Shown one piece after another: positions 30,030-40,156 of a stretch of DNA of 64,000 nt (positions within the stretch are counted from its first letter, which is position 1; each line of letters opens with the position of its first letter). Made by a program: the position numbers and the translations under genes. Under the pieces are notes generated by a model, which saw nothing but the letters and a program-made list of their open reading frames with translations, had not been told where the DNA came from and did no database searches. The DNA is taken from positions 26,066-90,065 of IMG/VR virus record IMGVR_UViG_3300010429_000664, one strand, 5' to 3'. The stretch is from a virus. Taxonomy: Duplodnaviria; Caudoviricetes.

Positions 30030-30534
30030 TTAGTTTCTCCCATAAGTATTTCCATTTCCGACCCGTAACAATAGCGGAAATTGTTTTTTCACTGACACGA
30101 TATTGTTTTGCTAATACCGCTTGCGTGTATTTTCCAGTGGCATATATTTCTATAATCTCTATTACTTCATGTTCCTTCAGTTTAGCAGATTTTTTGCATT
30201 CTCCTTTTGCCTGTCTATTTTTCTTTTTCATATCGGCAATATTGGTTTGAAAGGTTCCTAAAAATAAATGTTCAGGATTAACACATTTGCGGTTATCGCA
30301 TTTATGACATACATACAAATCCGGAGGAATTGGTCCTCGATGAATTTCCCAGGATAAACGTGAGACTGTAATCGTCTTTTGGCAAACTCGTAGATTGCCA
30401 TAACCGCTAGAATTTAAACATCCGGTCCACTCCCAACAACCGGTTGTTTTGTCTAATTTAACACGTTTGAATAATCTGTTTTTAATTTTATTTATATTCG
30501 ACGGCAAGTTATCGTAGTTTTTAATCGATTTCAT
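30016..30534 (-). mobile_element. Free-standing HNH homing endonuclease
   Basis: CWEWTG...GYG, VCHKCDNRKCVNPEHL..GT..TN..D, C-terminal HTH. Confidence 0.88.
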
Positions 30535-30775
30535 AGACCGATAGCCAACCTTTCTTCTATCTCAAATACTTCTGGGTAAACTTCTCTAAAATATTCTATA
30601 ATAAAACGAGTTCCCATAGATAACGGGTCTGCTTCTATTTCTATTATTCTTGCGTCCAAATGTTCAAATCCTTCTTCAAACCCTATTTGCTCTACAAGTT
30701 TATTTTCAATAAGCATTTTTCTGTTACGAAAACTACCAACCAACATTTCACTATGATTTAAAGTTATGATTGCTA

Positions 30776-32284
30776 TCATAACTGACATTCCTCATCGCTG
30801 CATTTCTGTTTCTTGGGTTGACGAACGAGAACTTGAGTGCCTTTTGAACCGTCGCGAAATACTGTTACTCCTTTACATCCGAGTTTCCACGCCGTCATAT
30901 AGATGCTTTTTACGTCTTCAATAGAAGCTTCATAAGGTAGATTAACCGTCTTGCTTATAGAATTATCGGTCCATTTCTGCCATTGAGCTTGAACACGCAG
31001 ATGCCATTCAGGGGAAATCTCGTGTGCTACTCTGGTAAACTTAGACTTATAAATATCTCTAGTTTCTTCTATTTTACCAATAGTTAAATTACGTGTAAAA
31101 ACAGTATCAAAAATAGGCTCTATTCCACTAGAGCAATCTGCGAGAATGGATAGAGAGCCTGTTGGAGCGATACTACGACGGAATAGACATCCTTTACCAA
31201 CTTTATCGGTAACAGTTTTATATATTTCTCCTATCTTATCTATGAAATTTAGAGCTTCCTGACTGTCATAGTAAATTCCGAGTTTAATTAGTGCGTCGGC
31301 ATAACCCATAACACCTACGCCTATCGGATTATACTCGTTCATTGCCTTAGTAATTTCGTGAATTGGAAACCAAGAAATTTTATTGTTATTAATTAAAGCT
31401 CTTGTTACTAGTTCAAGATATTTTTTAAACTTATCATATTCGAACTTTCCAGACCGGACAAGCTCACTTAAATTTATACTTCCTAAACAACAAGCAGTAT
31501 TTAGAGGAAGCGTTACCTCTCCGCAAGGATTTGTTGTAAATATTTTTACTTTAGGATATAGATTATTGTCCTTATTGATTCTATCATAAAACAGCAGTCC
31601 GGGGTCGCCGTTCATCCATGCTGAAAATGCTATAACGTCCCAGATGGTTTTTGCATTAACACGAGCAATTGGATTTCCATCTTTTGGGTTTATCAGATGG
31701 ATGTCTTCTCCGCGTTCAATCAAGCCCATTTGTAAATCATTAATCAATACTGATATGTTGAAATTATTTAACTTTCCGGTTAGTTTACTGCGGATAAACT
31801 CCATAATTTCTGGATGATTGAAGTCAAGAATACCCATCAATGCTCCGCGCCGGAAACCTCCTTGTTTGACAACTTCTGTTGCCGTATCAAATAAAGACAT
31901 GAATGAAACAACTCCACTGGACGTTCCTCCTGATGATAGAGGAGTGTTATTGGGTCGAAGACTGGAGAAATTAATACCGACTCCTCCCCCTCCCTTAAAT
32001 ATTAGAATGGTATTTTTAAGTGTTTCAGATATACCCTCGATAGAATCTTGCAGACCAAGAACGAAGCAAGCATGCAGTAATGCTTTCTTAAATCCAGCAT
32101 TACGAATACACGGAGAATTGGGTAGAAAGATACCATCGCGCATCATTGCTGTTAACTTACGTTCAAAACTGCTATCTCCGAGCGCCAAAGCATTTGCAAC
32201 TCTAGGATAAACGTCGGAAGGTTTCTCCCCAGGATGACAGTACCTCTTGGAGAGCAAATCTTGAGCATTTTTACTTAGAGCCAT
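30776..32284 (-). CDS. nrdJ: Compact class II (B12-dependent) ribonucleotide reductase
   Basis: PNSP, HACFV, GGGVG, TNPCGE, CCLGSINL, APTGS, DNSISKTVN, C-terminal Cys pair; no ATP cone; no beta subunit or activase nearby. Confidence 0.88.
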   Translation of the reverse strand: MALSKNAQDLLSKRYCHPGEKPSDVYPRVANALALGDSSFERKLTAMMRDGIFLPNSPCIRNAGFKKALLHACFVLGLQDSIEGISETLKNTILIFKGGGGVGINFSSLRPNNTPLSSGGTSSGVVSFMSLFDTATEVVKQGGFRRGALMGILDFNHPEIMEFIRSKLTGKLNNFNISVLINDLQMGLIERGEDIHLINPKDGNPIARVNAKTIWDVIAFSAWMNGDPGLLFYDRINKDNNLYPKVKIFTTNPCGEVTLPLNTACCLGSINLSELVRSGKFEYDKFKKYLELVTRALINNNKISWFPIHEITKAMNEYNPIGVGVMGYADALIKLGIYYDSQEALNFIDKIGEIYKTVTDKVGKGCLFRRSIAPTGSLSILADCSSGIEPIFDTVFTRNLTIGKIEETRDIYKSKFTRVAHEISPEWHLRVQAQWQKWTDNSISKTVNLPYEASIEDVKSIYMTAWKLGCKGVTVFRDGSKGTQVLVRQPKKQKCSDEECQL

Positions 32285-32669
32285 CGGACCCGTCCTTTAC
32301 TTTTAGTTCTTCTTCGGTTTTTTCTTCGCCCTCTACGAACATGCCGCCTTGTTTGTACCTTTTGATATCTTCTTCGGACACTTCCCCGTCTCTAACATAA
32401 ATATATTCCAGAACTTCGCTGTCTTCTAGTGCAATAAATCGATGAACAACACAAGGAGGTACAATAAAAGAGTCGTTTAGTTTTTCTAGAACTTTCATGC
32501 CTTTTCCGTACAACTCAATCATCACTTTACCCTTTAAAAGTTTAAACTCGTTAAACTTCTCCGAGTGGTAGTGAGTAGAACAGAATGAATCTTTCTTGAG
32601 TTGAAGTAAATCCATCTTATACTTTGGTGTATCGATTAAACGTTTTGCTTCTCCCCAGATTTTTGCCAT
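32271..32669 (-). CDS. Cupin-fold protein
   Basis: K.WG.......CSTHYH..K.NEF....G......PP.VVHRF motif. Confidence 0.7.
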   Translation of the reverse strand: MAKIWGEAKRLIDTPKYKMDLLQLKKDSFCSTHYHSEKFNEFKLLKGKVMIELYGKGMKVLEKLNDSFIVPPCVVHRFIALEDSEVLEYIYVRDGEVSEEDIKRYKQGGMFVEGEEKTEEELKVKDGSDGSK

Positions 32670-32849
32670 TTTATCCTCTCGTTAAAATATAATAAATAAC
32701 GTAGAACCAACCAAAAATACCGTGAAGCACTGCCCATAGAATAGAGTGATTAATAGACCAAGAAATAACTATTGCTAAAGTTGAACCGAATAAGAAACCA
32801 GGTTGAATTGTATAATACTTTTTCTTAGATTGGCACTGACAAACTTTCA

Positions 32850-33305
32850 TTAGTCTCCTCCCTGCGGAATATTCATCTCCTTATTAACCGACTTTAGTAA
32901 TGATTGAGCTACTTGAATAGACTTTTCGACGCTTTCGAGATACGCTTGAATCAGATTACGAACTCGTCTATAAGATGCAACATGACCGCTCGCTTCCTTT
33001 TCCATAGCAGTAGCTACGAACTTCTCTCCGGCATTTTCGACTTCCATCTTTCTAGTGTGATAGTGTTTTAGTTCGCGATTCGCTTTTTCTGTTTCAGCCA
33101 AGGCAGCTTTGGGCGCGAGTGACATATAAATACCAGCAAGTTCAGTTAATGCAGCACTTATTTCGTTTGGGTTATCAGCAATTACCCCTTTCTTGAATAA
33201 ATCACTGTAATACTCTATTCTTGCGATATCTTCAGAACACATATCTAGGGCGTTACCGAGTGTGGCTTCCGACTGAAAACACTTCTCAAATTCGTAAATA
33301 TTCAT
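32850..33305 (-). CDS. Helical protein, possibly UvsY-like recombination mediator
   Basis: 151-aa all-helical protein near recA; weak, position-based. Confidence 0.3.
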   Translation of the reverse strand: MNIYEFEKCFQSEATLGNALDMCSEDIARIEYYSDLFKKGVIADNPNEISAALTELAGIYMSLAPKAALAETEKANRELKHYHTRKMEVENAGEKFVATAMEKEASGHVASYRRVRNLIQAYLESVEKSIQVAQSLLKSVNKEMNIPQGGD

Positions 33306-33762
33306 AATTACTCCTTATCGTCCATGAGCAGTGAAAACAACCATATCACCCATAAAGCGTCATTATTTCCAAATAATGCCAACCAAAAAAATAACCACTG
33401 AATTTGTCCTATTTTTGCATACTTCATAGTATTACCAACTTTGTAAACAACGCCTGTCCGTACGTTGCAGGTGTAACTGGATTTCGGCTATTATACTCTA
33501 GCATCTGAAAATAAGAATATACCATCCAAACTCCGATAACCACGAGAACAAACAATGTGCGAGTAATACACTTCTTAATAAAGGCTTTACGCTTTATTTT
33601 AACATATCCTTGAAAAATACTCTGAGCAGCAGATTTAATGTTATCAAATTCACCATTGCCGAGCATATCATCTAATTCTTTAATTACGTTTCTTTTCTTG
33701 GTCATTTAGCATCTCCTTTTTTATTTTTAGTAGACAGTATACAATTAAAAGTAACAATACTG

Positions 33763-33791
33763 ACTTTACCATAATTAAGTCTCGGTGTCAA
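33763..33791 (-). promoter_or_regulatory. Sigma70-type promoter
   Basis: TTGACA-17-TAAAGT with TGn; AAGGAG RBS before ATG 33705. Confidence 0.7.
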
Positions 33792-33945
33792 TAGTTTGTT
33801 GGATGTTTTATATAATCTGATATATCATTAAATAAGTTCGGATAGTCAGAAATTTCACTGCGTTTTTCTGACATTGGAATTTCATAACTTACAGTATAAC
33901 CAATACTTATACAAAACAATAGTGATAAAATAATGAGTAACTCTT

Positions 33946-34965
33946 TCATCTATCCTGCACTTTCCAAATTTCGTCTTCTATATCTTTAAGTATTTCCGGA
34001 GTCAGCAACTCCATAAAAGCATCCTGACCTACCGCCCTTAAATCTCTATATTTATAAGTATTGCCTTCTTTTGAAATAATAGCGTTCTTAACCGCACTGA
34101 AAAAGATAGGGGTCTTATTATCGACGGAACCGTTAACATAGTAAAAATCGACACATGCCGTTTTAAATGCCGGTCCGCACTTGTTCTTTACGTTGTGCAT
34201 CTTAATTTCATGGCCAATACGCTCTTTGCTGTCTCCGCTACCGGCTTCGATTGCTTTGGCAATTTTGAACTCTACTCGTGCGGAATATAAATGCCGAAGT
34301 GCTCTACCTCCGTTTGTCGTTGTGGGAGAGCCATACATCGCCCCAACGCGGTCTCGCAATTGATTAATGAACACAACACAAGTTTTATTCTTTTCAATCT
34401 GTCTATATATTTTACTTACAATTGTTGCCCATACGCTTGCGGCTGCTCCCATAGTTTTTTCCTCTATCTCGTTTTCGAGAATAAGAATAGGAGCTATACC
34501 GGCAATGGAATCAAATACGATTAAATCTACTTTTGGAAGAAAATCGAGAAGCACTTGTCCGGCTTCTTCAAGATGTTTTGGATTACAGACTAAGAGTTTA
34601 TCGTTATCTATACCGATAACATCTCCCGCCCAATGCTTATCGTAAGAATTTTCTGCATCTATAAGTAAACACGACTTGCCTAATTTTTGAAAAGCTTTTA
34701 TGATTTGAAGCGAAAAAAATGATTTACCAGAACCTTCCTGTCCATAAAATTCTACAAAATAACCGCCTTCTTTTTGGGATAGTCCTCCAGATAGTACGTA
34801 ATCTAAACCATAAATTCCGGTACGAATTTTTGCGTCTGGCTTTATTTCAGAAGCTTTTTGAATAGAATATTTCTTTTCAGCCTCATGAAGCATTCTATCC
34901 AAACTCTTATCTTTTGACGTATTTTCTACCGGCTGTTCTTCATTTTCTTTCTTAGGTCTTCCCAT
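33946..34965 (-). CDS. recA: RecA/UvsX-like recombinase
   Basis: EFYGQEGSGKS, LIDAEN, LIVFDSIA, FINQLR, GGRALRH.YS.R. Confidence 0.93.
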   Translation of the reverse strand: MGRPKKENEEQPVENTSKDKSLDRMLHEAEKKYSIQKASEIKPDAKIRTGIYGLDYVLSGGLSQKEGGYFVEFYGQEGSGKSFFSLQIIKAFQKLGKSCLLIDAENSYDKHWAGDVIGIDNDKLLVCNPKHLEEAGQVLLDFLPKVDLIVFDSIAGIAPILILENEIEEKTMGAAASVWATIVSKIYRQIEKNKTCVVFINQLRDRVGAMYGSPTTTNGGRALRHLYSARVEFKIAKAIEAGSGDSKERIGHEIKMHNVKNKCGPAFKTACVDFYYVNGSVDNKTPIFFSAVKNAIISKEGNTYKYRDLRAVGQDAFMELLTPEILKDIEDEIWKVQDR

Positions 34966-35157
34966 TTTTATTCTCCGTATATTTTTATACCACTATTACG
35001 CATATACGCTAACTCTATTTCGGTACATTTCGGACAGAAAAAGCCTACTACGTTTTTTTTATAGCCTACCCATTGCCAGTGTTCAAGTTTTAAGTTTTTT
35101 ATCTGTTCTTCCGCATAACAGCCGTCGCATTTAATTAAACGTTCAGAATAGTATATT

Positions 35158-35643
35158 TTATCGTTCATTTTTCTGCTCCTTATGTTTTCTATAAAGATAC
35201 CTATGATAACGTCCTAGATATCTACGTACTTCTGCTGGTAACGTGCTGGTTGATTGACCTGTTTTATACCACCGTTGAAACGCTCCCGGTCCCCATGTAT
35301 AGGAAATCAAAATTCTATCTGGATTGGGAATAATAAAATGGAATAACATGATTTTTTCGACGAAGTGAAGATACCAATGAGCAACCTTAATATTCTTTTC
35401 TGGTTGAAACATCTCCAATAGCGTGTACTGCTCTATATTAAATAGATTATATTCATCGAGCGCCGGTTGTGTAATTTGACAAAGCCCGACTGCTCTGCCA
35501 TGAATATTATAAGACCAAGGATTGCCCATTGTTTCGGTCTTAGCTAGGCATTCCATATCAATCTCGTCTGCAACGTTAGATTGAGCAACGTATAGAATAC
35601 CAATAGCGAAAACGACTAGAAAAAGATAGATGAAGTGTTTCAT
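35158..35643 (-). CDS. Lytic transglycosylase (SLT-like) with N-terminal hydrophobic anchor
   Basis: Catalytic ET.GNP, AVGLCQIT, SYTWGPG, EVRRY; N-terminal FIYLFLVVFAIGILYV. Confidence 0.75.
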   Translation of the reverse strand: MKHFIYLFLVVFAIGILYVAQSNVADEIDMECLAKTETMGNPWSYNIHGRAVGLCQITQPALDEYNLFNIEQYTLLEMFQPEKNIKVAHWYLHFVEKIMLFHFIIPNPDRILISYTWGPGAFQRWYKTGQSTSTLPAEVRRYLGRYHRYLYRKHKEQKNER

Positions 35644-35648
35644 AATTT

Positions 35649-35724
35649 TGGCGACCCGGGACGGATTCGAACCGTCGCCCTCCCCCGTGTAAGGGGCTGT
35701 TCTTGCTAATTAAACTACCGGGCC
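35649..35724 (-). tRNA. tRNA with UAC (Val) anticodon on an Asp-like body
   Basis: 76 nt: GGCCCGG/CCGGGTC acceptor, G73, CCA, GACGG-TTCGAAT-CCGTC T-arm, loop CT-TAC-AC; anticodon stem is one nt short. Confidence 0.85.
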
Positions 35725-35730
35725 AGTCTT

Positions 35731-35759
35731 ATATTAGCATATTATAGAGTTGGTGTCAA
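35731..35759 (-). promoter_or_regulatory. Dedicated promoter of the tRNA gene
   Basis: TTGACA-17-TAATAT with TGn; tRNA G1 (35724) lies 7 nt after the -10 box. Confidence 0.8.
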
Positions 35760-36859
35760 TGAAATTCTGTACCGCCTTTTCTAAGCAAATAGTTTTCCGA
35801 CACTAATTTTAGAATTTTTCTACCCAGTCTAACGTCCGTTTTTTCATTCTGCGGTTTAATAACTATGCCCTCGCGCATCTGAGTAGGGCAGATAACAGAC
35901 ATACCAGTACGCAGTTCCTTGAGTTCTTCCTTCCACGGTCCACTATAGAGCATCGGCACTTCGGGCAAATCTAATCTGAGACATATCGCGTGAAATTCCG
36001 TACAATCTAAATATGTGCCGTTGGGATGTTTAATATCAAAAAATGCTACCGTAGGTTCCTTAACCCCATAAGTAAGGTCTTGTATATTTGGTCCATATAT
36101 CTCACCGTAAAAGATATATCCGGGGTATAGTTTTAATTTCTCGATGAGGTTATATTTTTTAACTGTTTTTCCCCATACGTCAGTGCCGTAGAAGCCTTTA
36201 CGAATATTTAACGGGTGTTTTTGACAGTTGTGTGACCCATATACGAACTCATAAGGTTTAGTGAAATACTTCAAAACGGGTATAGTATTGGTTTTTTTTA
36301 GATAACCAAAACGTGCGTTTGTTCCGTGCAGTTTTTCCGTAATTATAACTATCTCGTTATCAAATATTTTAGGATAATGCTTGAAATTCTCAATATCTGT
36401 GTATTTAGTAAATAGTTCGTTACTACGTTTCGCACTAAAACAGCGTTTAAATCGATATTTTATATACTGCAATAGGTTGCTTGGTTTACTCTTTGTTTGT
36501 GGCTCTGGAGGGGCTTCTGGTTCGTATTTCGTTATGCCTAGCGCTGTAGCAACATCCGTTCCAACTGGTTTTCTAACTATATTTGGAATAATTAGGCCGT
36601 AACTTACTACACCGCGAATTTTGGCGGCTCTAATGCGGTTTGGGATGTAATTTTGGCCTATTTTCAGGTCCAGGCGTTGAATAAGTTCGTCCGGCAATAC
36701 TGAGTCTATCGGAATATAAATAACTTCATCTCCGGCCTTATGAACACCTTTGCCAACTACGCATATCCAGTCATTTATTCGCGCAAGGTCCAAACGCTCC
36801 GCATTTTCGTGTTTCAATATCTCGTCAATTTTTACGACTTCCACTTTAAGAGAACTCAT
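35756..36859 (-). CDS. ATP-dependent RNA ligase with N-terminal OB/tRNA-binding domain (DRB0094/TIGR02306-like)
   Basis: H.NAERL.LA....W.CVV.KG, motif I TEKLHGTN, YGEIYG, FFDI, REGIVIK, KILK. Confidence 0.88.
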   Translation of the reverse strand: MSSLKVEVVKIDEILKHENAERLDLARINDWICVVGKGVHKAGDEVIYIPIDSVLPDELIQRLDLKIGQNYIPNRIRAAKIRGVVSYGLIIPNIVRKPVGTDVATALGITKYEPEAPPEPQTKSKPSNLLQYIKYRFKRCFSAKRSNELFTKYTDIENFKHYPKIFDNEIVIITEKLHGTNARFGYLKKTNTIPVLKYFTKPYEFVYGSHNCQKHPLNIRKGFYGTDVWGKTVKKYNLIEKLKLYPGYIFYGEIYGPNIQDLTYGVKEPTVAFFDIKHPNGTYLDCTEFHAICLRLDLPEVPMLYSGPWKEELKELRTGMSVICPTQMREGIVIKPQNEKTDVRLGRKILKLVSENYLLRKGGTEFH

Positions 36860-37387
36860 GCGTCTACCTCCAGCATTTTAGATATTTCCGAGCAGATTTC
36901 GTTATAAGATTTTGTAAAAAAATGTGCCTGGCCGAAGTTACACCGTTCTTCCACTGTTATAGTGATAGTACCTTTATATAGTTTGGCCATTGCTTTAACT
37001 TTTTGATAATGATTTTTAAATATTTGTAACGAAGTGATATTCGGCATATTAATAGTTCTTGGAACTTCCGTAGAAGTCAACGGTAACATGATATCAATAT
37101 GTATTTTGGATTTATTCGTTAACATTCACTCCCTCCTTTTTACAATTTCACATCTATCGGACCGCCACAACTCAGGAACGATTTCCCATCTCATCGCTCC
37201 AGGTTCCACGGAATAAAAATGCTCGTCTTCTTCTATAATATATCTAAACACGTAGTAAGGTCGTTCGCAAGTATACGGGTGTTTTAAATTTGGGTCTTCT
37301 ACTAGAAAAGGACAGTAACATTCTATTCTATCGCCCACACAGATGTCTACTCCGTGTTTATCTTTAACTCCAACCGGTTTTCTCATA

Positions 37388-37948
37388 TCACTCCTTTACC
37401 GCCAATCCAGCCAATGCTAATACCAAAGCATCGCCAATATCATTTTGTGTCACTTCAATGTTCAGTAAATCGCCGATATACTTCATAATCTCTTTCTTCA
37501 ACTTCGGACTTGGCAATTTAGGAATAGATGCTTTAAACCCTATTCGATTACGAGCAGATGTTGGCATCATTAGTTCGGCCGATTTTACCACACTACGAAA
37601 CCTATCATACACCAACACACCGTGTCGTGTCAATTTTTTTAGAACATTAACGTTTTGAGAGAAAAACGTGTCCTCAATAATAAGCTTGTCAATTTTATGT
37701 TTGCCAATAACAGAACGTTTAAAATCTTCTAGTTGGTCTGCAAAAATATTAATAGCATCTAGGTCTTGTGCATCTTTTGGAACTTGAATTATATGGGTTA
37801 GGTCGACAATAACCGAATCCTCAGTTGAACGTACAACTGCCAAACCCGTGCTATGTACCGAGGTATCAGACCCAAGAACTGTAGTGTTTTTTAATAAAGC
37901 CGAACCGGTTAAGGTAGATATTCGTTCCAGTTTTACAGATTTAGTCAT
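37388..37948 (-). CDS. RuvC-like Holliday junction resolvase
   Basis: VLGSDTS..STGLAV, LIIED, ND..DA catalytic pattern. Confidence 0.75.
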   Translation of the reverse strand: MTKSVKLERISTLTGSALLKNTTVLGSDTSVHSTGLAVVRSTEDSVIVDLTHIIQVPKDAQDLDAINIFADQLEDFKRSVIGKHKIDKLIIEDTFFSQNVNVLKKLTRHGVLVYDRFRSVVKSAELMMPTSARNRIGFKASIPKLPSPKLKKEIMKYIGDLLNIEVTQNDIGDALVLALAGLAVKE

Positions 37949-38017
37949 GGTGTAATACCAGTATTGTTATAAAAATAATAGCGTAGATAACTAAGATAGC
38001 TATAAAGGCACTCATTT

Positions 38018-38281
38018 TTATTTCTCCTTATATTTATAACATAAATACAGTGTTGTACTGCAACAAATAAAAGCAATAGAATGAGATGCAAGTAATACAT
38101 ACTGGCCTGATAGAATACACGCTGTAAAAAATGTCACATAAGCAAGCCAGCAAAGAATGAAGTACCAGACTGAGATATCCTCTACCGATTTTCTACGTAG
38201 TATTTTAAAAATTTGCGGTCCGTAGTTAACAGTCCACGCGAAACCTGCGAAAAGGAACAGTAGATTACTTAGATTTTTCAC
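38018..38281 (-). CDS. SemiSWEET/PQ-loop three-helix membrane protein
   Basis: YGPQIFKILRRKSVEDIS PQ-loop motif, three hydrophobic helices; likely GTG start 38281 with GAGG RBS. Confidence 0.8.
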   Translation of the reverse strand: MKNLSNLLFLFAGFAWTVNYGPQIFKILRRKSVEDISVWYFILCWLAYVTFFTACILSGQYVLLASHSIAFICCSTTLYLCYKYKEK

Positions 38282-40154
38282 GTTGTACCTCTTCCACTGT
38301 TTTAACCAATTTTGTTGACCAGTCGTAGAGACACGGAATCTCAAACGTTCGAAGGTGCATTTTCGGTCTCCGAATTAGGTCTAATTGTATTTTTGTTCGT
38401 GTTCCGTCTCCGCCTTCTTCATGTAAATATCTTGCTAAGACAGACGGAAACTGGCCTACTTGGTCCGAGGCAAAAAACTCTCCATTCTCTCTCAACTGAG
38501 CAAAACATATCATAAACGAATTGCTACGTTTTATTTTACTAATCATGGTTCCGTATACATTATCAGTACGAGCAAAGTCTTTTGGCTTTAACCAATCGTA
38601 AATTACGATTGAATCGGGTTTCAAAATAATGTTATCATAATCATCTTCAAAACAGTGTTCAAAATCTCCTTCTTTCATCCCCAATTTTAATGCTGTTTCA
38701 TCAAATCCACTATCACTTTCAGTATATATGTAATAAGGTTTTATACCTTGGTCTACCAGGCGTTTTAGAATATTCATCGCAAAGGTCGTTTTGCCTCGTT
38801 TGTTACTACCACCCATAAGTACAAGACTGGTCTGTTTTAAATGGACGAACTCATCCAAATATGGCATCTTAAATTGAATTGGGGTTGTTACCGTTAATAA
38901 ATTAGTTTCCCATTTCATATCTCGGACGAGTTTATATTCTCTATTCTGCTTAACAATCTTCATTTCCTTCATAAGATAGTTCAAAACTTTATCTATACGT
39001 TGTTTATTTTCGCCCTTCGCTCTGTCGCCAAAAACAAAAGTTTCAATTTCCTGTTTAAATGCGCTGTCTGTTAACTTTAAATAGCTTACAACTTTACTTG
39101 CCAAATCTTCTTCATCAAAAGAAATATACTTAGACAGGCTTTGAACCATAGCTCTAACGGATTTACGGTCCATCGGATGTTCAAGCAAGTGGTCGTTCAG
39201 AACGTTTAATGCAAATTCAGTTTGTTGCTCGTTTAATTCTTTTCTAAATAGTCCTCCGATTTTTACAAAAGAAGAATTACAGCATCCATCTAGACCGTTA
39301 TTAATCAACTTCAAGTCTTCCGGTTTTATTTTAAAGTTTTCTGTTGCTATTTCTTCTTTAATTTGCTCACTAATCGTCTTTTTTGGCGTTTCAATATAAG
39401 CGGCTAAAAACTGATACACTTCCAGTGACATATCAACTATTTCGTGATTCACCATTTGTCGAGATTGACCCTTAACAATAGACGGGAATAATACAACTTG
39501 CCCTCCATCGTTTTCGATGTCTATTTTTAATTCCTTTATTCCTGTCTTCGGAAGCATCTCGTTATATTTGAAAAATAGATGATAACCTTTTTGCGTGATT
39601 TGATAAAGAGTTTTATTAAGATAAGGTTCCAGTATTTCTGGAATCTTTTGACAATCAATATCGATGACCGTTATTTTACTTCGGTTTCCTGTTTTTACAC
39701 CTATATTAAGCCCCTGCTCAAGCCACTCTAACCATTCTTCTTTGTTAGTATGTGTTTTGTTTGGCCAATCTTTTTCAATAGGGTTTTTTCCTCCAGCAGC
39801 TACAGGAACTAGGTCAAATCCGAATTTTTCGTAAGCATTACAAATATCTAAAAAATCTCTTTTCGTTTTTTCAGTGATAACTTTAAGGTCCAATATCTCG
39901 TTCAATAAACTAAAACACTCGTCGTCTGACTTATCCATCATATCGTCTTCGTGCATACGAATAACGTCAAACAAATCGAGTTTAACTCCACAGGCTAGAC
40001 ATGAGATAAAGGGCTGATTAGGAGGAACGTTTGCTCCGTCCTTCTGCCCGCATGAAGGACAGTCAAGGTGTAGCATTCCGCCTGTTTTCTTTGTTTTAAC
40101 TTCTTTGTATTTGAGATAATCGCGTAGGTACTGATGAAACTGGGTTATATCCAT
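38265..40154 (-). CDS. Zinc finger + bifunctional primase-polymerase + P-loop helicase-like domain
   Basis: CPSC..CLAC; Prim-Pol motifs KNP, NIGVKTG, VIDID, HLFF, IDI...GGQVV; C-terminal GGSNKRGKT. Confidence 0.82.
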   Translation of the reverse strand: MDITQFHQYLRDYLKYKEVKTKKTGGMLHLDCPSCGQKDGANVPPNQPFISCLACGVKLDLFDVIRMHEDDMMDKSDDECFSLLNEILDLKVITEKTKRDFLDICNAYEKFGFDLVPVAAGGKNPIEKDWPNKTHTNKEEWLEWLEQGLNIGVKTGNRSKITVIDIDCQKIPEILEPYLNKTLYQITQKGYHLFFKYNEMLPKTGIKELKIDIENDGGQVVLFPSIVKGQSRQMVNHEIVDMSLEVYQFLAAYIETPKKTISEQIKEEIATENFKIKPEDLKLINNGLDGCCNSSFVKIGGLFRKELNEQQTEFALNVLNDHLLEHPMDRKSVRAMVQSLSKYISFDEEDLASKVVSYLKLTDSAFKQEIETFVFGDRAKGENKQRIDKVLNYLMKEMKIVKQNREYKLVRDMKWETNLLTVTTPIQFKMPYLDEFVHLKQTSLVLMGGSNKRGKTTFAMNILKRLVDQGIKPYYIYTESDSGFDETALKLGMKEGDFEHCFEDDYDNIILKPDSIVIYDWLKPKDFARTDNVYGTMISKIKRSNSFMICFAQLRENGEFFASDQVGQFPSVLARYLHEEGGDGTRTKIQLDLIRRPKMHLRTFEIPCLYDWSTKLVKTVEEVQREKSK

Positions 40155-40156
40155 CG

